This document shows, piece by piece, positions 1-14,403 of a stretch of DNA of 64,000 nucleotides; the stretch's first letter is position 1, and each line of letters opens with the position of its first letter. Both the position numbers and the translations under genes were made by a program. The notes under the pieces were generated by a model, which searched no databases, was not told where the DNA came from, and saw only the letters and a program-made list of their open reading frames with translations. Origin of the DNA: Octopus vulgaris (taxonomy: Eukaryota); the NCBI GenBank assembly GCA_951406725.2, contig OX597828.1, forward strand, positions 35,836,001-35,900,000, in the 5' to 3' direction.

Positions 1-343
1 AAAAATTGATGCTGATCAGATTTGAAATGTACTCAAAAGAATAAAAATGAAGATTTTCATTTTTTTTTACTTGTGTGTGTGGTGTTTTCTAAATTTCAAA
101 GATACCGCCAGGGTTTCTTCTGAAAAGTTGGAGCTAATTGCTCATGAATTCAATTATTGAGTGTATGTGTATATATATATATCAAGAGAGAGAGGGGGGG
201 GGAGGTTCAATCCCCAGGGTGCTCTATCATCAAAACCCCTCTACCCATGTACTAAGATGATATCCAGTTGATGTGTGTATGTGTGTGTGTGTGTGCACAT
301 GCGTGAGTGTATGTGTGTATTGTGCAAGGGTTCTGTGTTAATA

Positions 344-510
344 GGCATAGGAGCGGTTGTGTGGTAAGTAGCTTGATTACGAACCACATGGTTCTGGATT
401 CAGTCCCACTGCGTGGTACCTTGGGGAAGTGTATTCTACTATAGTCTCGGGCCGACCAAAGCCTTGCGAGTGGATTTGGTAGACGGAAACTGAAATAAGC
501 ACACACAGAC
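344..510 (+). mobile_element. SINE family A, head only
   Basis: Matches 6919-7075. Confidence 0.8.
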
Positions 511-1290
511 ACTACGTCAAGTTGTCTTATAACGATATAAATAATTAGGCAAAATAAGAAGAGATTTGGCATGTGGTTTATTGATCAGGCAGCCATCATT
601 GGACTAAGCAGTACTGAATATTTTATTAAAGTATGATTGGTTAAATAAAACAAGAAGTAACAAGTAGTCTTACAATGAAAGGAAAGTCACTCAAAGCATA
701 TCTTGCCCCATTTTTAAGATCTAAGACATATAATTATTTTACATATGAACAATCACAGTTTGCAAATGGACATACTCTGTATAACCATACACAAGCATAT
801 GCTCTGCAGAATGATATCCAGATAAAATAACATAATTTACTGTTAAAAAAATAGACATCAGACACTTGTAGAACACATCCTACACACCACCTGCAACTCA
901 CGTAGCTCACATAACTCACATGCCAAAAAAACACACAGGAAGAACAGAAAAGTGCACCTGGTGGCGCAGTAGAAATTTGCATGAAACATTTGAAAACATA
1001 ATAATAGCAACTGTTTCTAATTTGGGCACAAGGCCAGCAATTTTGAGGGAAGAGCATTGGTTAATAGTCAAAATGAATACGTGACTGGTACAAATTCTAT
1101 TGATCTTGGATGGATGAAGGGCAAAGCTGACCTCAGTGGGAATGTGAAATGCTAGAAGAATTAATAATAATCTTTTCTACTCTAGGCACAAGGCCCAAAA
1201 TTTTGGAGGAGAGGACAAGTCGATTAGATCGCCCCCAGTACATAACTGGTACTTAATTTATCAACCCCTGAAAGGATAGTAATAATAATA

Positions 1291-1785
1291 TGCCTAATGC
1301 AGTACCAGGCAGTGGCTCTCATGGCTTCTGATCTTAACTGATTGGAAGTGTTATCATGTATATTGTTTTGTCTTGGTATAAAAGATGGGAAAATATTCTG
1401 CTCAATACCACAGATTTGCGTGTCAGTTATTTGACCATAACCAGTTGAACATGACTGTTAGTGGCTGATCATGAGCAGAAGTAGTGGGGGAGCATCATAG
1501 CCATATGTTGAGAGGAATTCTTTAGGGTTTGAACAATTCACCTCAGGAAACATAGTCATCCCTAAACAAACCTTATTCAAGAACCTTTTGAGTGACTCAA
1601 CCTGAAGAAAATTCCAACTGGGCCCCACCTGTAAGGTCATGCACTGTTTATCTTGATATAAGATTACCATGTCACGCACATGTGGTTGTGATGTATATGC
1701 CTGGTGTACCCTTTTCAGACAGGTATACTGGGATTCGTATAATTGTACCCCAGTGTCAATTTGATGGCATACACTGCTCTCTCAC

Positions 1786-1787
<2 letters not shown>
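1291..1787 (+). mobile_element. Non-coding interspersed element of about 500 bp, bounded by (AAT)n
   Basis: Colinear with 55645-56169; both end cactgctctctcact-(aat)n. Confidence 0.75.
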
Positions 1788-1878
<91 letters not shown>

Positions 1879-1890
1879 TTGCTAATAATG

Positions 1891-1924
<34 letters not shown>

Positions 1925-2436
1925 TAATAATAATAATAATAATAATGATGATGATAATCATTGCTAAATATTTTTAATGTCAGTACAAGTTATAAGCACC
2001 TCAGAATGTAAAGCGCCGGAACAAATGGTGCTCTAATGATTTTGCCAGAAGAAAAAAGTAAAGTTATTTAATGTTGAGATTAAATGATAACAGTTGAGAG
2101 AAGTTAATTAGAGATTGATTAACTGAACAAATGAAATAAGAGAAAGAAAGAAGTAAAATAACAAAAACAAAACTAAAAAATATATTGTTATTGATGCTAA
2201 ACTAATAAACAAGCTGAATAAAGTGTCTGGTACATATATAAGTGTGTGTGTGTGCGTGCATGCATGCGTGCGTACATACATACATAGAGACATACACAAC
2301 ACAATTTCATTTCATGGTCTATTTCAGTATTATATTTATCTCTTGTGCTGAGACAAGATACATTTCCATTTTGTTCACATCATTATTCGTTTTCTTTATC
2401 ATCATCATCATCTTCACCATTATTATTACACCCTAT

Positions 2437-2830
2437 ATTTATTTCTTTATTGCCCACAGGGGGGCTAAACATAGAGAGGACAAACAAAGGGATGAAGTCG
2501 ATTACCACAACCCCAGTGCGTAACTGGTACTTATTTAATCAACCCCGAAAGGATAAAAGGCAAAGCCAACCTTGGCAGAATTTGAACTCAGAACATAACA
2601 GCAGACAAAATATCTATTTCTTTACTACCCACAAGGGGCTAAACACAGAGAGGACAAACAAGGACAGACAAACGGGTTAAGTCGATTATATCGATCCCAG
2701 TGCGTAGCTGGTACTTAATTTATCGACCCTGAAAGAATAAAAGGCAAAGCCAACCTCGGCAGAATTTGAACTGAGAACATAACAGCAGACGAAATACGGC
2801 TAAGCATTTCACCTGGCGTACTAACTATCC
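2437..2830 (-). mobile_element. Two tandem SINE family B copies; similar remnants at 1017-1278
   Basis: Reverse-complement matches to family B. Confidence 0.8.
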
Positions 2831-2994
2831 TGCTACCCTTGCTGCTCTATGTTATATCCTATATTATCTCCAACTTTATTAAAGATTTATACTTATTAGT
2901 TATAGTTAAGGTAGAAATTACTGCCAATAAACATTATGACCATATAGTTTAAGAAACACAATCTGCTATCACATGGTTATTGTTAGGAAATTTA

Positions 2995-3370
2995 AACAGA
3001 AGGAAGGGGTAGACCCAGGAAGACATGGGATGAGGTGGTGAAGCCTCCATGGAGGCTATGGCAAGTGACCGAGACCTTTGTCGATATGCTGTACTTGAGA
3101 AGACCCATCAAGCCAAGTGAAATTGTAGTCATGGCCGATGCCAGTGTCACATAAATGGCACCTGTGCTGGTGGCTTGTATAAAGCACTGGTTACTGTCTT
3201 GGAGTGGTTGGCATTAGGAAGGGCATCCAGCCATGGAAACCATGCCAAATCAGATTGGAACCTGGTGTAGCCCTTCAGTTTACCAGTTTCAGTCAAACTG
3301 TCCGTCCAACCCATGCCAGCATGGAAAGCAGATGCTAAATGATGATGATGAAGATGATGATGATGATGAT
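2995..3370 (+). mobile_element. RTE LINE 3' end
   Basis: GRPRKTWDEVVK-like segment plus the shared 3' UTR and (GAT)n tail. Confidence 0.7.
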
Positions 3371-3734
3371 ATCTTCAATGGGTGTAATGCATAGCTTTGT
3401 GGTTAAAAAGATCAATTTGCAGCCACTTGGTTTCAGGTTCAGTCCTACCACATAGCACCCTGGTAAAGTGTTTTCTATTATAGATCCAAACACTAACCAA
3501 TGCTCTATGAGTGAATTTGGCAAATAGAAACTGTGTGAAAGTCTGTCATGTGTATGTGTGCATGAGAGTGAGTATGTGCGTGCCTTTGTGTCTGTGTTTG
3601 TCCCTTACAAAATCACTGCTTGATGACTGGTATTGGTTTGTTTACACCCCCAACCAACCCACCCCATAATGAAAACAGTGTTCACCATTTTCCAGTCATC
3701 CAGTATGGAAAAGTAGACATTAAGAAAGGCTACT

Positions 3735-3769
<35 letters not shown>

Positions 3770-3819
3770 CACTGCTGATGTCACTGTCATTGATACTGCC
3801 AATGCCACCACCAAAGATG

Positions 3820-4570
3820 CCAACAACAACGATGACAATCACATGTAGTCCTGGTTTGTGCCAGAAAAGAATTCCTCTGATTGCTCTAATTTCAGTAAGA
3901 CAACTACAGGAGAAGTTTGTAGCTAAGAGCACAACACTATGCCTAGAATTTGCTGACCTGGAGAAAGTCTTTGTCAAAGCCTTATTCAGGACCTGTTCTC
4001 TGTAGTCTGATGGTAACTAAAAAAAAGCTGAGTACAGCTGAATAGTTTATGAGAACTGTGCCAACAATATACAGGGGTTTCTGTCAGCAAGGTCAAAGTT
4101 AACAAGTTCAATGAGTGAAAACTTGCTACGGGGCAGCAGATGGATGGATAGCAGGAGAGATTTTCAGAGGAAGAACTCCCATCAAGTAAGTATTTCAGCC
4201 TGTTAGTTCCTGACATTCTAAAGGAGCTGGTCCCGCCTAAGTCATGACTCTTAAGTTTCTTCTTGCTGCATTTGAAATGCTACCTTCAGTGGGGATTGAA
4301 CTTAGAACCTTCAGGTGAGCTCTTTTACCTGAACTGTTCTGTATAATGCTTGGTCATGAAGACCACTGCAAGGACTTGCCCTGTGGGTCTATTTTAAACT
4401 GAGTTTTCCTCATACTATGTAAAGAATTCAGTAAACAAGAAGTTGTCTATCAAGGACTTGATTCTCAGCTCTGTTCTCTTTATTATATTTCCCCAGACCA
4501 CAAAAGTGAACTTCAAGACTGGCTCCCTGTGGGAAATTCTGCTTGCCAATGACCTTGTTCTCATAGACAA
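3820..4570 (+). pseudogene. Old, fragmented RTE reverse-transcriptase remnant
   Basis: VRQLQEKFVAK..LEFADLEKVF and LSSVLFII..FKTGSLWEILLANDLVLI (decayed YADD region). Confidence 0.65.
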
Positions 4571-5344
4571 AAAAGGAACAGTGAAAATACTTTTAAACAT
4601 AGAAGCAGAGATTAAAAAAACAAAACAGCTTGATAAAAGACAAACATTTCACTCAGCAACGAAGAAGGCAGAACTCTACAACTTGGTATGCAAAAAAAAA
4701 AAAAGTTCGAGAGAGTTCCAGCTATGGCTCTGTGGTTAAGAAGTTTGCAGTTTGCTTCCAAACATCATGGTTTCCAGTTCAATCCTACTGCATGGCATCT
4801 TGAGCAAGTATTTTTTTACTCTAACTCTAGAGCAACTAAAATCTTGAGAATGGATTTTGTTAACAGAAACCGAAAGAAGCTTCTTGCATATATATATATA
4901 TATAAATGTTTTTTTTTTTCTCTCTAGTTTCAGCTCAGAGCTGCAGCCATGCTGATGCACCGCATTATATATATATAATTTAAATAAGCAGAAAATGGAA
5001 GAAACTTTAGATCAACAAATAAATTGACCAACATCAGCTAATTATGTTTTAATACAAAACATAACATTACATGTAATGATATATTATGTTTGTATCAAAA
5101 AATAATCAACCGATGTTGGTCAATTTGTTTGCTTGTTGTTCTAAAGTTTCCTCCATTTTCTGCTTAATTTAAATTTGTTTCCTGATAAAATTTTGTTTAT
5201 TCAGTTTTTTACCTGTACCCCATGAGCATAGTGAGCTTGCATACCCATGCCCGGGGATAGCATAGGTAAATGACACCGGTGGTAAGATAACGGATATTCT
5301 TATCCTTTAGACAGCTCTTCCAACCACTAACTCTGCTTACCTAT

Positions 5345-5377
<33 letters not shown>

Positions 5378-6868
5378 CATATATATATTTGTGCATAGGT
5401 GTGTATATATGAGTGTGTGAGTATGCATTTGTGTGTGTGTGTTTGTGCGAGATATTGTGATAGTTATAGTGTGTCACCACTGTACAATTGGTGGAGATTT
5501 TCTTTTTTCCCAATATTCTATGAAAACATATCGATTCATGAGAAAATATTGCCTCGCTTGCAAGCAAAGAAGGTTGGTGACAGAGAGGGCATCCAGCCAT
5601 ATGAAATTCACCTCAACAGATTCCATTTGACTCATACAAACACGGAGAAGTGAACATCAAAAAATGATGATGATAGTGGCGAGGATAATGATGAAGATGA
5701 TGCCAATGACAATGTTGACAGTGGAGGTGGTGGTGGTGGTGGTGGTGATGATGATGATAGTGTTGTTACTGGTGATGACGATGATAATGATGATGATGAT
5801 GATGATGAGAAGGGCAATGATCATGATGGAAATTGTGCACCGTAAACTACAAAACAATAGATGCAGTGAATTCACATGTAGGCTCACACAGACAGCCACA
5901 TGTGGAGCAGTTTCACAGGAAACTTAACCCTTCATCCTGCTTAATCTCACCCCCTGGTCATTGGGAGACTTTAGCAGAACCCACCCTTTTGTAAAAATTT
6001 CGTCCAGGTCTTTGGTCAGAGGATTATCTCCACTCTTTCTACTACTGCTATCAGAAACCCTTGAAACGATGACAAACTTTGATTTGTCATCATTTCTGCC
6101 CTTTCTCATTTGACTAAGCATCATCATCAACATCTAATGTCCATGCTGGCTTGGTTTGGACGGCTTGACAGGAATTGGCAAGGCCAAAGGCTACACCAGA
6201 CTCCATAATCTATTCTGGTTTGGTTTCTACATGTGGATGCCCTTCCTAATGCCAACCACTTTACAGGGTGCACCGGATGCATTTTATGAGACTGATGACC
6301 ACTTGGTGTTAGGAAGGGCATCCAGCTGTAGAAATCCTGCCAAAATAGTCGCAGAAGTCTGGTGCAGGTTTCGGCCTGGCTGGCTCTAGTGGTACCCTCC
6401 CACCCATGCTAGCATGGAACATGGACATTAAATGATGATGATGATTATGACCAGTATCTTTTACATGGTACCAGCACCAGAACATTTCCCATGGCACCAG
6501 CATCCACACCACATCAATGCTTTTAACATGGTGCCTTGGTTTTAGGATCTCAATTTCTGTAGTGGTGGGCAGGTCTTCATGAGCACAGCAATACGTCACA
6601 TACGTCAGTCCTCCGTCATCTCCTTCGTAAGGCTCAAACATTTCGAGACTGGCCCTCAGCAGTTGATAATAGATGTATGCATAGGGACACACCGAATTGA
6701 ATAACACACTCGTAGATATTCTTAAATAGATAGGATGGTCATGGTTAGATTCCTTTTGATTATGTATGGGTTTATTGAATCCAAGAGGACCTGGGACAAA
6801 ACAAGAGCTGTCATTACTGCTGATCCTCCTCCTCCTCCTACTACTACTACTACTACCACTACTACTGC

Positions 6869-6902
<34 letters not shown>

Positions 6903-6918
6903 AATAATAATAATGATA

Positions 6919-7340
6919 GGCGTAGGAGTGGCTGTGTGGTAAGTAGCTTGCTTACCAACCACATGGTTCCGGGTTCATTCCCACTGCGTGGCACCTTGGG
7001 TAAGTGTCTTCTGCTATAGCCTTGGGCCGACCAAAGCCTTGTGAGTGGATTTGGTAGACGGAAACTGAAAGAAGCCCGTCTTATATATGTATATATGTAT
7101 ATATATATGTGTGTGCGTGTTTGTGTGTCTGTGTTTGTCCGCCCAACATCGCTTGACAACCGATGCTGGTGTGTTTACGTCCCCGTCACTTAGCGGTTCG
7201 GCAAAAAGAGACCGATAGAATAAGTACTGGGCTTACAAAGAATAAGTCCTGGGGTCGATTTGCTCGACTAAAAGGTGGTGCTCCAGCATGGCCACAGTCA
7301 AATGACTGAAACAAGTAAAAGAGTAAAAGAGTAAAGAGTA
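6919..7340 (+). mobile_element. tRNA-derived SINE family A, full length, with internal TA/TG microsatellite
   Basis: A-box tggctgtgtggtaag, B-box ggttcattccc, CORE-like ccttgggtaagt, tail (gagtaaaa)n; many copies in the window. Confidence 0.88.
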
Positions 7341-7699
7341 ATAATAATAATAATGCTAAAACTACTGGGTCAATGAGAAAGCCTTTATGTGGTCACTCAG
7401 ACTGCTAGAAATACTTTGATCATAGATCTCTGCTCAATCCAGCACAAACCTGCAGGTAACCAAAAATAAACTGCTGCTGCTACTACTACTATCGAACATA
7501 AAAGCACACATTCTTGGATCACTGGTTAAACTGAAGTCCTTGCTAAGATTAAGATAAATTCTTATTTTTATGAAGTACCCAAGCAACTGCTAGGTAGGTT
7601 GGTCTCACGGGTGGAATGTGGAGAGGAGGTTCTGTGTGGGAGGGGGTCCGTGTAGGGGCGGTTGTGTGTGTGTGTGGTGGGGGAGTGTATTTATGTCTG

Positions 7700-8423
<724 letters not shown>

Positions 8424-9548
8424 GGTAGATAAAGAGATAACTAAAGATACACACACAAAAACACACAACATTAACAACAATGCAAACATAACAATGAAGA
8501 AATCTAGAATATTCATGGGTAACGACCATTGTGGTTTCTGTAAACATTTGAGGTATTTCCTATCAAAATAACTTTCAGTGAGTATCTATTGTATAACATC
8601 ATCAACACTACCAACGCCACAACTATTAACAGTACAACCACTTCCACCACCACCACCACCACCACCTCCACTACTATCACTACTACCATTATCATCGTTA
8701 ACATAATCAATGTCATTGTCATTATTTCATAGTCTTTTTCTTTCTTTTTCACTGATGATGGTGCTATTTAACCCCAGGTCAACCCTGATCCTGTCGACCT
8801 CTGATGTCCTATTTTTTATTTTTTTTATTCAGGTACAATGTGCAGCATGGACTGTGCTATCCATCGGGTCCTTTCTTTAGTAGGTAGACAAATATTTGAC
8901 TGCTATTTCTAGCAAACTTAGTAACTACACACAAGCTGTATCATCAATGATTTTGATATCAACCTGCATGAGACTGCCCTGGGTCAGTTGCATAGCTAGA
9001 GTGTCCATCACCCAGGGCAGCTCTTGAGCTTGCTGATTCTATGAAGGACAATCACACAGTATCAATATATGGGTGAAGGTGTGTGGTCAAATGGTTAGGG
9101 AACTTGTCTCACAATCTTGAAGTCGTGTGTTCGACACCCAGTGGCACTTAAAGTGTCCTTGAGCAAGACACTTTATTTCATGTTGCTTCAGTCCACTCAG
9201 CTGGCAAGAATGAGTAGTTCCTGTATTCCAAAGGGCCAGCCGTGTCACATTCCGTGTCATGCAGAATCTCCCTCAGAACTACGTTAAGAGTACATGTGTC
9301 TGTGGAGTGCTCGGCCACTTGCACATTAATATCACAAGCAGGCTGTTCTGTTGGTTGGATCAACTGGAACCCTCATTTTTTAATCTGTCAGAGCCCCAGT
9401 TCAATCAATGCATGGTATAATGTAAACAACAAAACCACCAAGGTCCTCTTAACAAGTTCAACCCTACCAGAATGAAGGACAACTTAAAACAATGAGAAGA
9501 CACAATATAAAAGATCTGCAGATAATAGGTACATCAAATATATATATT

Positions 9549-10643
9549 CCCATCATCAGCTGCATAACAGACATCATTATGATTTCAACACTGGGGTAGG
9601 ACCATACCCATCATCAGCTGCATAACAGATATCATTATGATTTCAACACTGGGGCAGGACCATACCCATCATCAGCTGCATAACAGATATCATTATGATT
9701 TCAACACTGGGGTAGGACCATACCGATCATCAGCTGCATAACAGACATCATTATGATTTCAACACTGGGGCAGGACCATACCCATCATCAGCTGCATAAC
9801 AGATATCATTATGATTTCAACACTGGGGTAGGACCATTTCCATCATCAGCTGCATAACAGACATCATTATGATTTCAACACTGGGGCAGGACCATACCCA
9901 TCATCAGCTGCATAACAGATATCATTATGTTTCAACACTGGGGTAGGACCATTTCCATCATCAGCTGCATAACAGACATCATTATGATTTCAACACTGGG
10001 GCAGGACCATACCCATCATCAGCTGCATAACAGATATCATTATGTTTCAACACTGGGGTAGGACCATTTCCATCATCAGCTGCATAACAGACATCATTAT
10101 GATTTCAACACTGGGGCAGGACCATACCCATCATCAGCTGCATAACAGACATCATTATGATTTCAACACTGGGGCAGGACCATACCCATCATCAGCTGCA
10201 TAACAGACATCATTATGATTTCAACACTGGGGCAGGACCATACCGATCATCAGCTGCATAACAGATATCATTATGATTTCAACACTAGGGCAGGACCATA
10301 CCTATCATCAGCTGCATAACAGACATCATTATGATTTCAACACTGGGGCAGGACCATACCCATCATCAGCTGCATAACAGACATCATTATGATTTCAACA
10401 CTGGGGCAGGACCATTCCCATCATCAGCTGCATAACAGATATCATTATGATTTCAACACTGGGGCAGGACCATACCCATCATCAGCTGCATAACAGATAT
10501 CATTATGATTTCAACACTGGGGTAGGACCATACCCATCATCAGCTGCATAACAGATACCATTATGATTTCAACACTGGGGCAGCACCATACCCATCATCA
10601 GCTGCATAACAGATATCATTATGATTTCAACATTGGAGCAGGA
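9549..10643. repeat. 58-bp minisatellite, 19 copies
   Basis: Unit ccatcatcagctgcataacagaYatcattatgatttcaacactggggYaggaccatac; starts at 9551, 9609, 9667 ... 10593; a few units are 1 bp short; last copy diverged. Confidence 0.97.
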
Positions 10644-11129
10644 TCACTCAATCCAGCAGTGTCAAACAACATTAAAAACCTAAATGCCGCCAGGGGATTA
10701 ATAGAAAAGAAGCGGTAGTGAAACTTTAGTATATGCCCTTTTGTGTCTAAACCTGCATATTTATTGCAAATGCAAACATTAAATCTCGATCATAAATTAT
10801 TTCACACCTATAACTACAAAGCACAGAATTAAATATATAAAAAAAAGGAAAATACTACATAAGAAACAGATTTATCTTCAAAAAGAACATTGTTACCTTA
10901 AGAATTATAGACCTTAAAATACACAAAGAAAACTGAACACGTAGAACAAAAATTACACACACACACAAACACACACATGGCTTGGTGATTAAGAGGCTCA
11001 TTTTGCAACCATGCGGTTTGGGACTCAGTTTCACTGTCAATGATATCCTTGTTTAAAAATGAAAATTTTGTAATCTACAAAAGTATAAAGTAACCGATCA
11101 GATTAATGTAAAATTGTTTTTATTATAAC

Positions 11130-11513
11130 TTAGCAGTTCGGTCAAAAGAGACTGATAAAATATATATGTATCTTTTATCTTTTGCTTGTTTCAGTCATGC
11201 TGGAGCACTGCCTTCAACAATTTGTTTAGTCGAATGAATCAACTCCAGGACTTACTTTTTTAAAGGCCAGCACTTTGTTTATTGGTCTCTTTTGCCAAAC
11301 CGCTAAGTTACAGGGACGTAAACACACCAGCACTAATTGTCAGGCAGTGGCGGGGGACAATCACAGACACAAACACACACATACACACACACATACAATA
11401 GGCTTCCTTCTGTTTCCATCTACCAAATCTACTCACAAACCTTTGATTGGCCCAAGGCTATAGTAGAAGACATTTGCTCAAGTTGCCATGCAGTGGGACT
11501 GAACCCAGAACCA
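11130..11513 (-). mobile_element. SINE family A, head cut at the mariner boundary
   Basis: Reverse-complement match to family A. Confidence 0.75.
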
Positions 11514-11515
11514 TA

Positions 11516-12773
11516 TAGTGCATCCCATAAATAATGCAGTTTTTTTTATACTTCTTTTATTTTTCAAATATCAGATAAACAAAATTTTTTTTTTTAATCT
11601 AAAATATACTCTCCTTCATTTTCTACAATGCTCTTCCATCTATCTGGTAGACTTGTAAGGCCCCTCTTCCAAAATTCACTTGTTCATGACGAAAAGTACT
11701 CCTTCAATACTGTTCTGATCTCATCTACAGAATTCATATTTTTCTGTCCAAATGATTTTGAAAACTGTGGAATAAATGATAATCAGATGGGTCAATGTCT
11801 GGCAAATATGGTGGGTGGTGCATCATTTCCCATTCTAACTAATCCAGACTTTGGAATGTCATCCTCACTGTATGTGACCTAGCTTTATCCTAATGGAGGA
11901 ACATCTTTCGTCTTCAAACCAAAAATGGTCGATTTTTCATCTAGCACTGACACAAGCTGCTCACAGTAGATCTCCTTTGTTATCGTTTGGTTTGAGTTTA
12001 AAAGTTCAAAGTGAACTAAACCTTTCATATCCTACCAAACAGATAACAACTTATGTGGGTGAAGACCTTCTTTAACCTGGGATGCTGGTGTTTATCCTTT
12101 CCCTACCCACTGTCTTCAGCGCTTGACATTTTTATAGAGAACCCATTTCTCATCACCAGTTACTATTCAATCCAAAACAGGTTCATTCATGAGATGTGAC
12201 AGCAAAGAAGAGCACACATCCACTCTCTGCACGCAATTAGACTCAGAAAGTTTGTGAGACACCCATTGACCCAATTTGCTGACTTTTCTGATGGCATGCA
12301 GGTGTTGATGAATGGATGAATGACCAAATCCAAGCTTCTCTGCTAGCTCCTCAACAGTTACGATGGGATTTTGCTCCACCAGGATTAGCAGATCTTCCAG
12401 GAGGAAATTCCTCTTCTAGGCTGTAGATTCCATCGTGGAATTTCTGGAACCACTGTTGACACTGGCTTACGCTTATTGTCAGACCCCCATATACTGCATA
12501 AATATTCCTTGCACTTTCCGTTGTGTTGATGCCTTTATTGAACTCATGAAGCAAAATATGCCAAATATACTCCTTTATCACTTCCAATATAACTAGGAAA
12601 AAAAATAACTGTTAAAATCGAACTGCACTCTTCAAAACTTGCACTAAGAATAAGGACAAGGTAAAATTACTACCTGCTTTGATAACAAGTCGATGCAGGT
12701 AGTTTATCCCATACCCCTCTGACTTTTAGTTCATGCAATTGAAAAAAACTGCATTATTTACGGGATGACCCTA
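11516..12773 (-). mobile_element. Full-length but disrupted mariner transposon, about 1.26 kb
   Basis: TIRs catcccRtaaataatgcagttttt at both ends next to TA; transposase fragments HILLHEFNKG..ARNIYAVYG, WVSHKL, PYLPDIDPSDYHLF with frameshifts. Confidence 0.9.
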
Positions 12774-12799
12774 TATATATATATATATATATATGTATA

Positions 12800-12842
<43 letters not shown>

Positions 12843-12844
12843 TA

Positions 12845-13982
12845 GTCTGCTCAGAGTAAAAGGCAGACTGTATGATGCATGTGTACGAACATCCATGGTA
12901 CATGGCAGTGAAACATGGGCCGTGACTGCTGAGGACATGCGTAAGCTCGTGAGGAATGAAGCCAGTATGCTCTGATGGATGTGTAATGTCAGTGTGCATA
13001 CTCGACAGAGTGTTAGTACCTTGAGAGAAATGTTGGACCTAAGAAGCATCAGCTGTGGTGTGAAAGAGAGACAATTGCACTGGTATGGTCATGTGGTGAG
13101 AATGGATGAAGATAGGTGTGTGAAAAAGTGCCAATCCCTAGCAGTTGAGGGAACCCATGGAAGAGGTAGACCCAGGGAAACCTGGGACGAGGTGGTGAAG
13201 CACGACCTTCGAACTTTAGGCCTCACCGAAGCAATGACTAACGACCGAGACCTTTGGAAATATGCATGTCTTTCCTCCCTTGGACACACAAAGACCTGTT
13301 GAGGCAAGCGAAGTCGAAATCGAACCTCATCTGACGACAGGCACCCATGCCAACCTCCCTTCATTGGACACTAAACTCTGCTTGCGAAGACCTGTTGGGG
13401 CAAGTGAAATCAGAATCGAAATTGAACCAATCCTATGACTGGCACCTGGCAGTTGCCAGGACTGCTGGACTGACTCCTGTGCAGGTGGCAAGTGAAGAAA
13501 AACCATTTTGACCCTATGCTTGAGGAGATCCATTGAGTCAAGTACACCAACATCAAAATCAATGGAAACTGCAGTTGTGATCCCTGTGCCGGTGGCATGT
13601 AAAAAGCACCATCTGAACGTGGCCGATGCCAGCGCTTCCTAGACTGGCTTCCGTGTCGGTGGCACGTAAAAAGCACTATCCGAATCGTAACCAATGCCAG
13701 CGCCGCCTTGACTGGCTTCCATGCCGGTGGCACGTAAAATGCACCAATCCGATCGTGGCCGTTGCCAGCCTCGCCTGGCACCTGTACAGGTGGCATGTAA
13801 AAAGCACCCACTACACTCACGGAGTGGTTGGCGTTAGGAAGGGCATCCAGCTGTAGAAACACTGCCAGATCAGACTGGAGCCTGGTGCAGCCTTCTGGCT
13901 TCCCAGATCTCTGGTCGAACCGTCCAACCCATGCTAGCATGGAGAACGGACGTTAAACGATGATGATGATGATGATGATGAT
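12845..13982 (+). mobile_element. 5'-truncated RTE-clade LINE (ORF2 C-terminus, 3' UTR, (GAT)n tail)
   Basis: VKGRLYDACVRTSMVHGSETW..RQLHWYGHVVRM..GRGRPRETW, with a premature stop at about 12973. Confidence 0.85.
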
Positions 13983-14021
13983 AATGTACATGCATACATA
14001 TATAATGTATATAATGTACAT

Positions 14022-14065
<44 letters not shown>

Positions 14066-14403
14066 GATGTACATATGTATATATTTAAAACACATCTACA
14101 TACTTCTAGATAAATACTGGCACAAAACAACACTTAAACAATAATTAAAAGTATGGAAATTTAGATAATGGAGGTATGTCTTATTCAAGAAGGAAGGGTG
14201 GATGAGGTAGCAAACGAAAGTTGGTGAGTTGGCAGTGAAACTTCAGTGAATAACACGGTCAGTCTATTATTGGTTTGTTGGGGTTGGAAGGAACAATTCT
14301 ATACCTATATTTACATAATCAGAGCTGACACTTTGATTGGGATGGCACGTTCTAACTTGTAGTTCGAAGGACACTGCGGAAAGATTACAAGCTTAGAATA
14401 CTT

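Noticed and set aside
5924-6133. Downstream exon of the PDZ gene
   Set aside because: Open, non-repetitive frame, but no convincing acceptor or donor and no PDZ continuation.
9549-10643. CRISPR array
   Set aside because: Units are near-identical along their whole length with no unique spacers, there are no cas genes, and the context is eukaryotic.
9549-10643. Tandem C/D-box snoRNAs or a coding repeat
   Set aside because: TGATGA and CTGA overlap in one motif with no terminal stem, and a 58-bp unit does not keep a reading frame.
12167-12587. SETMAR-like host gene
   Set aside because: A frameshifted transposase between TIRs with no SET domain; it is a dead mariner.
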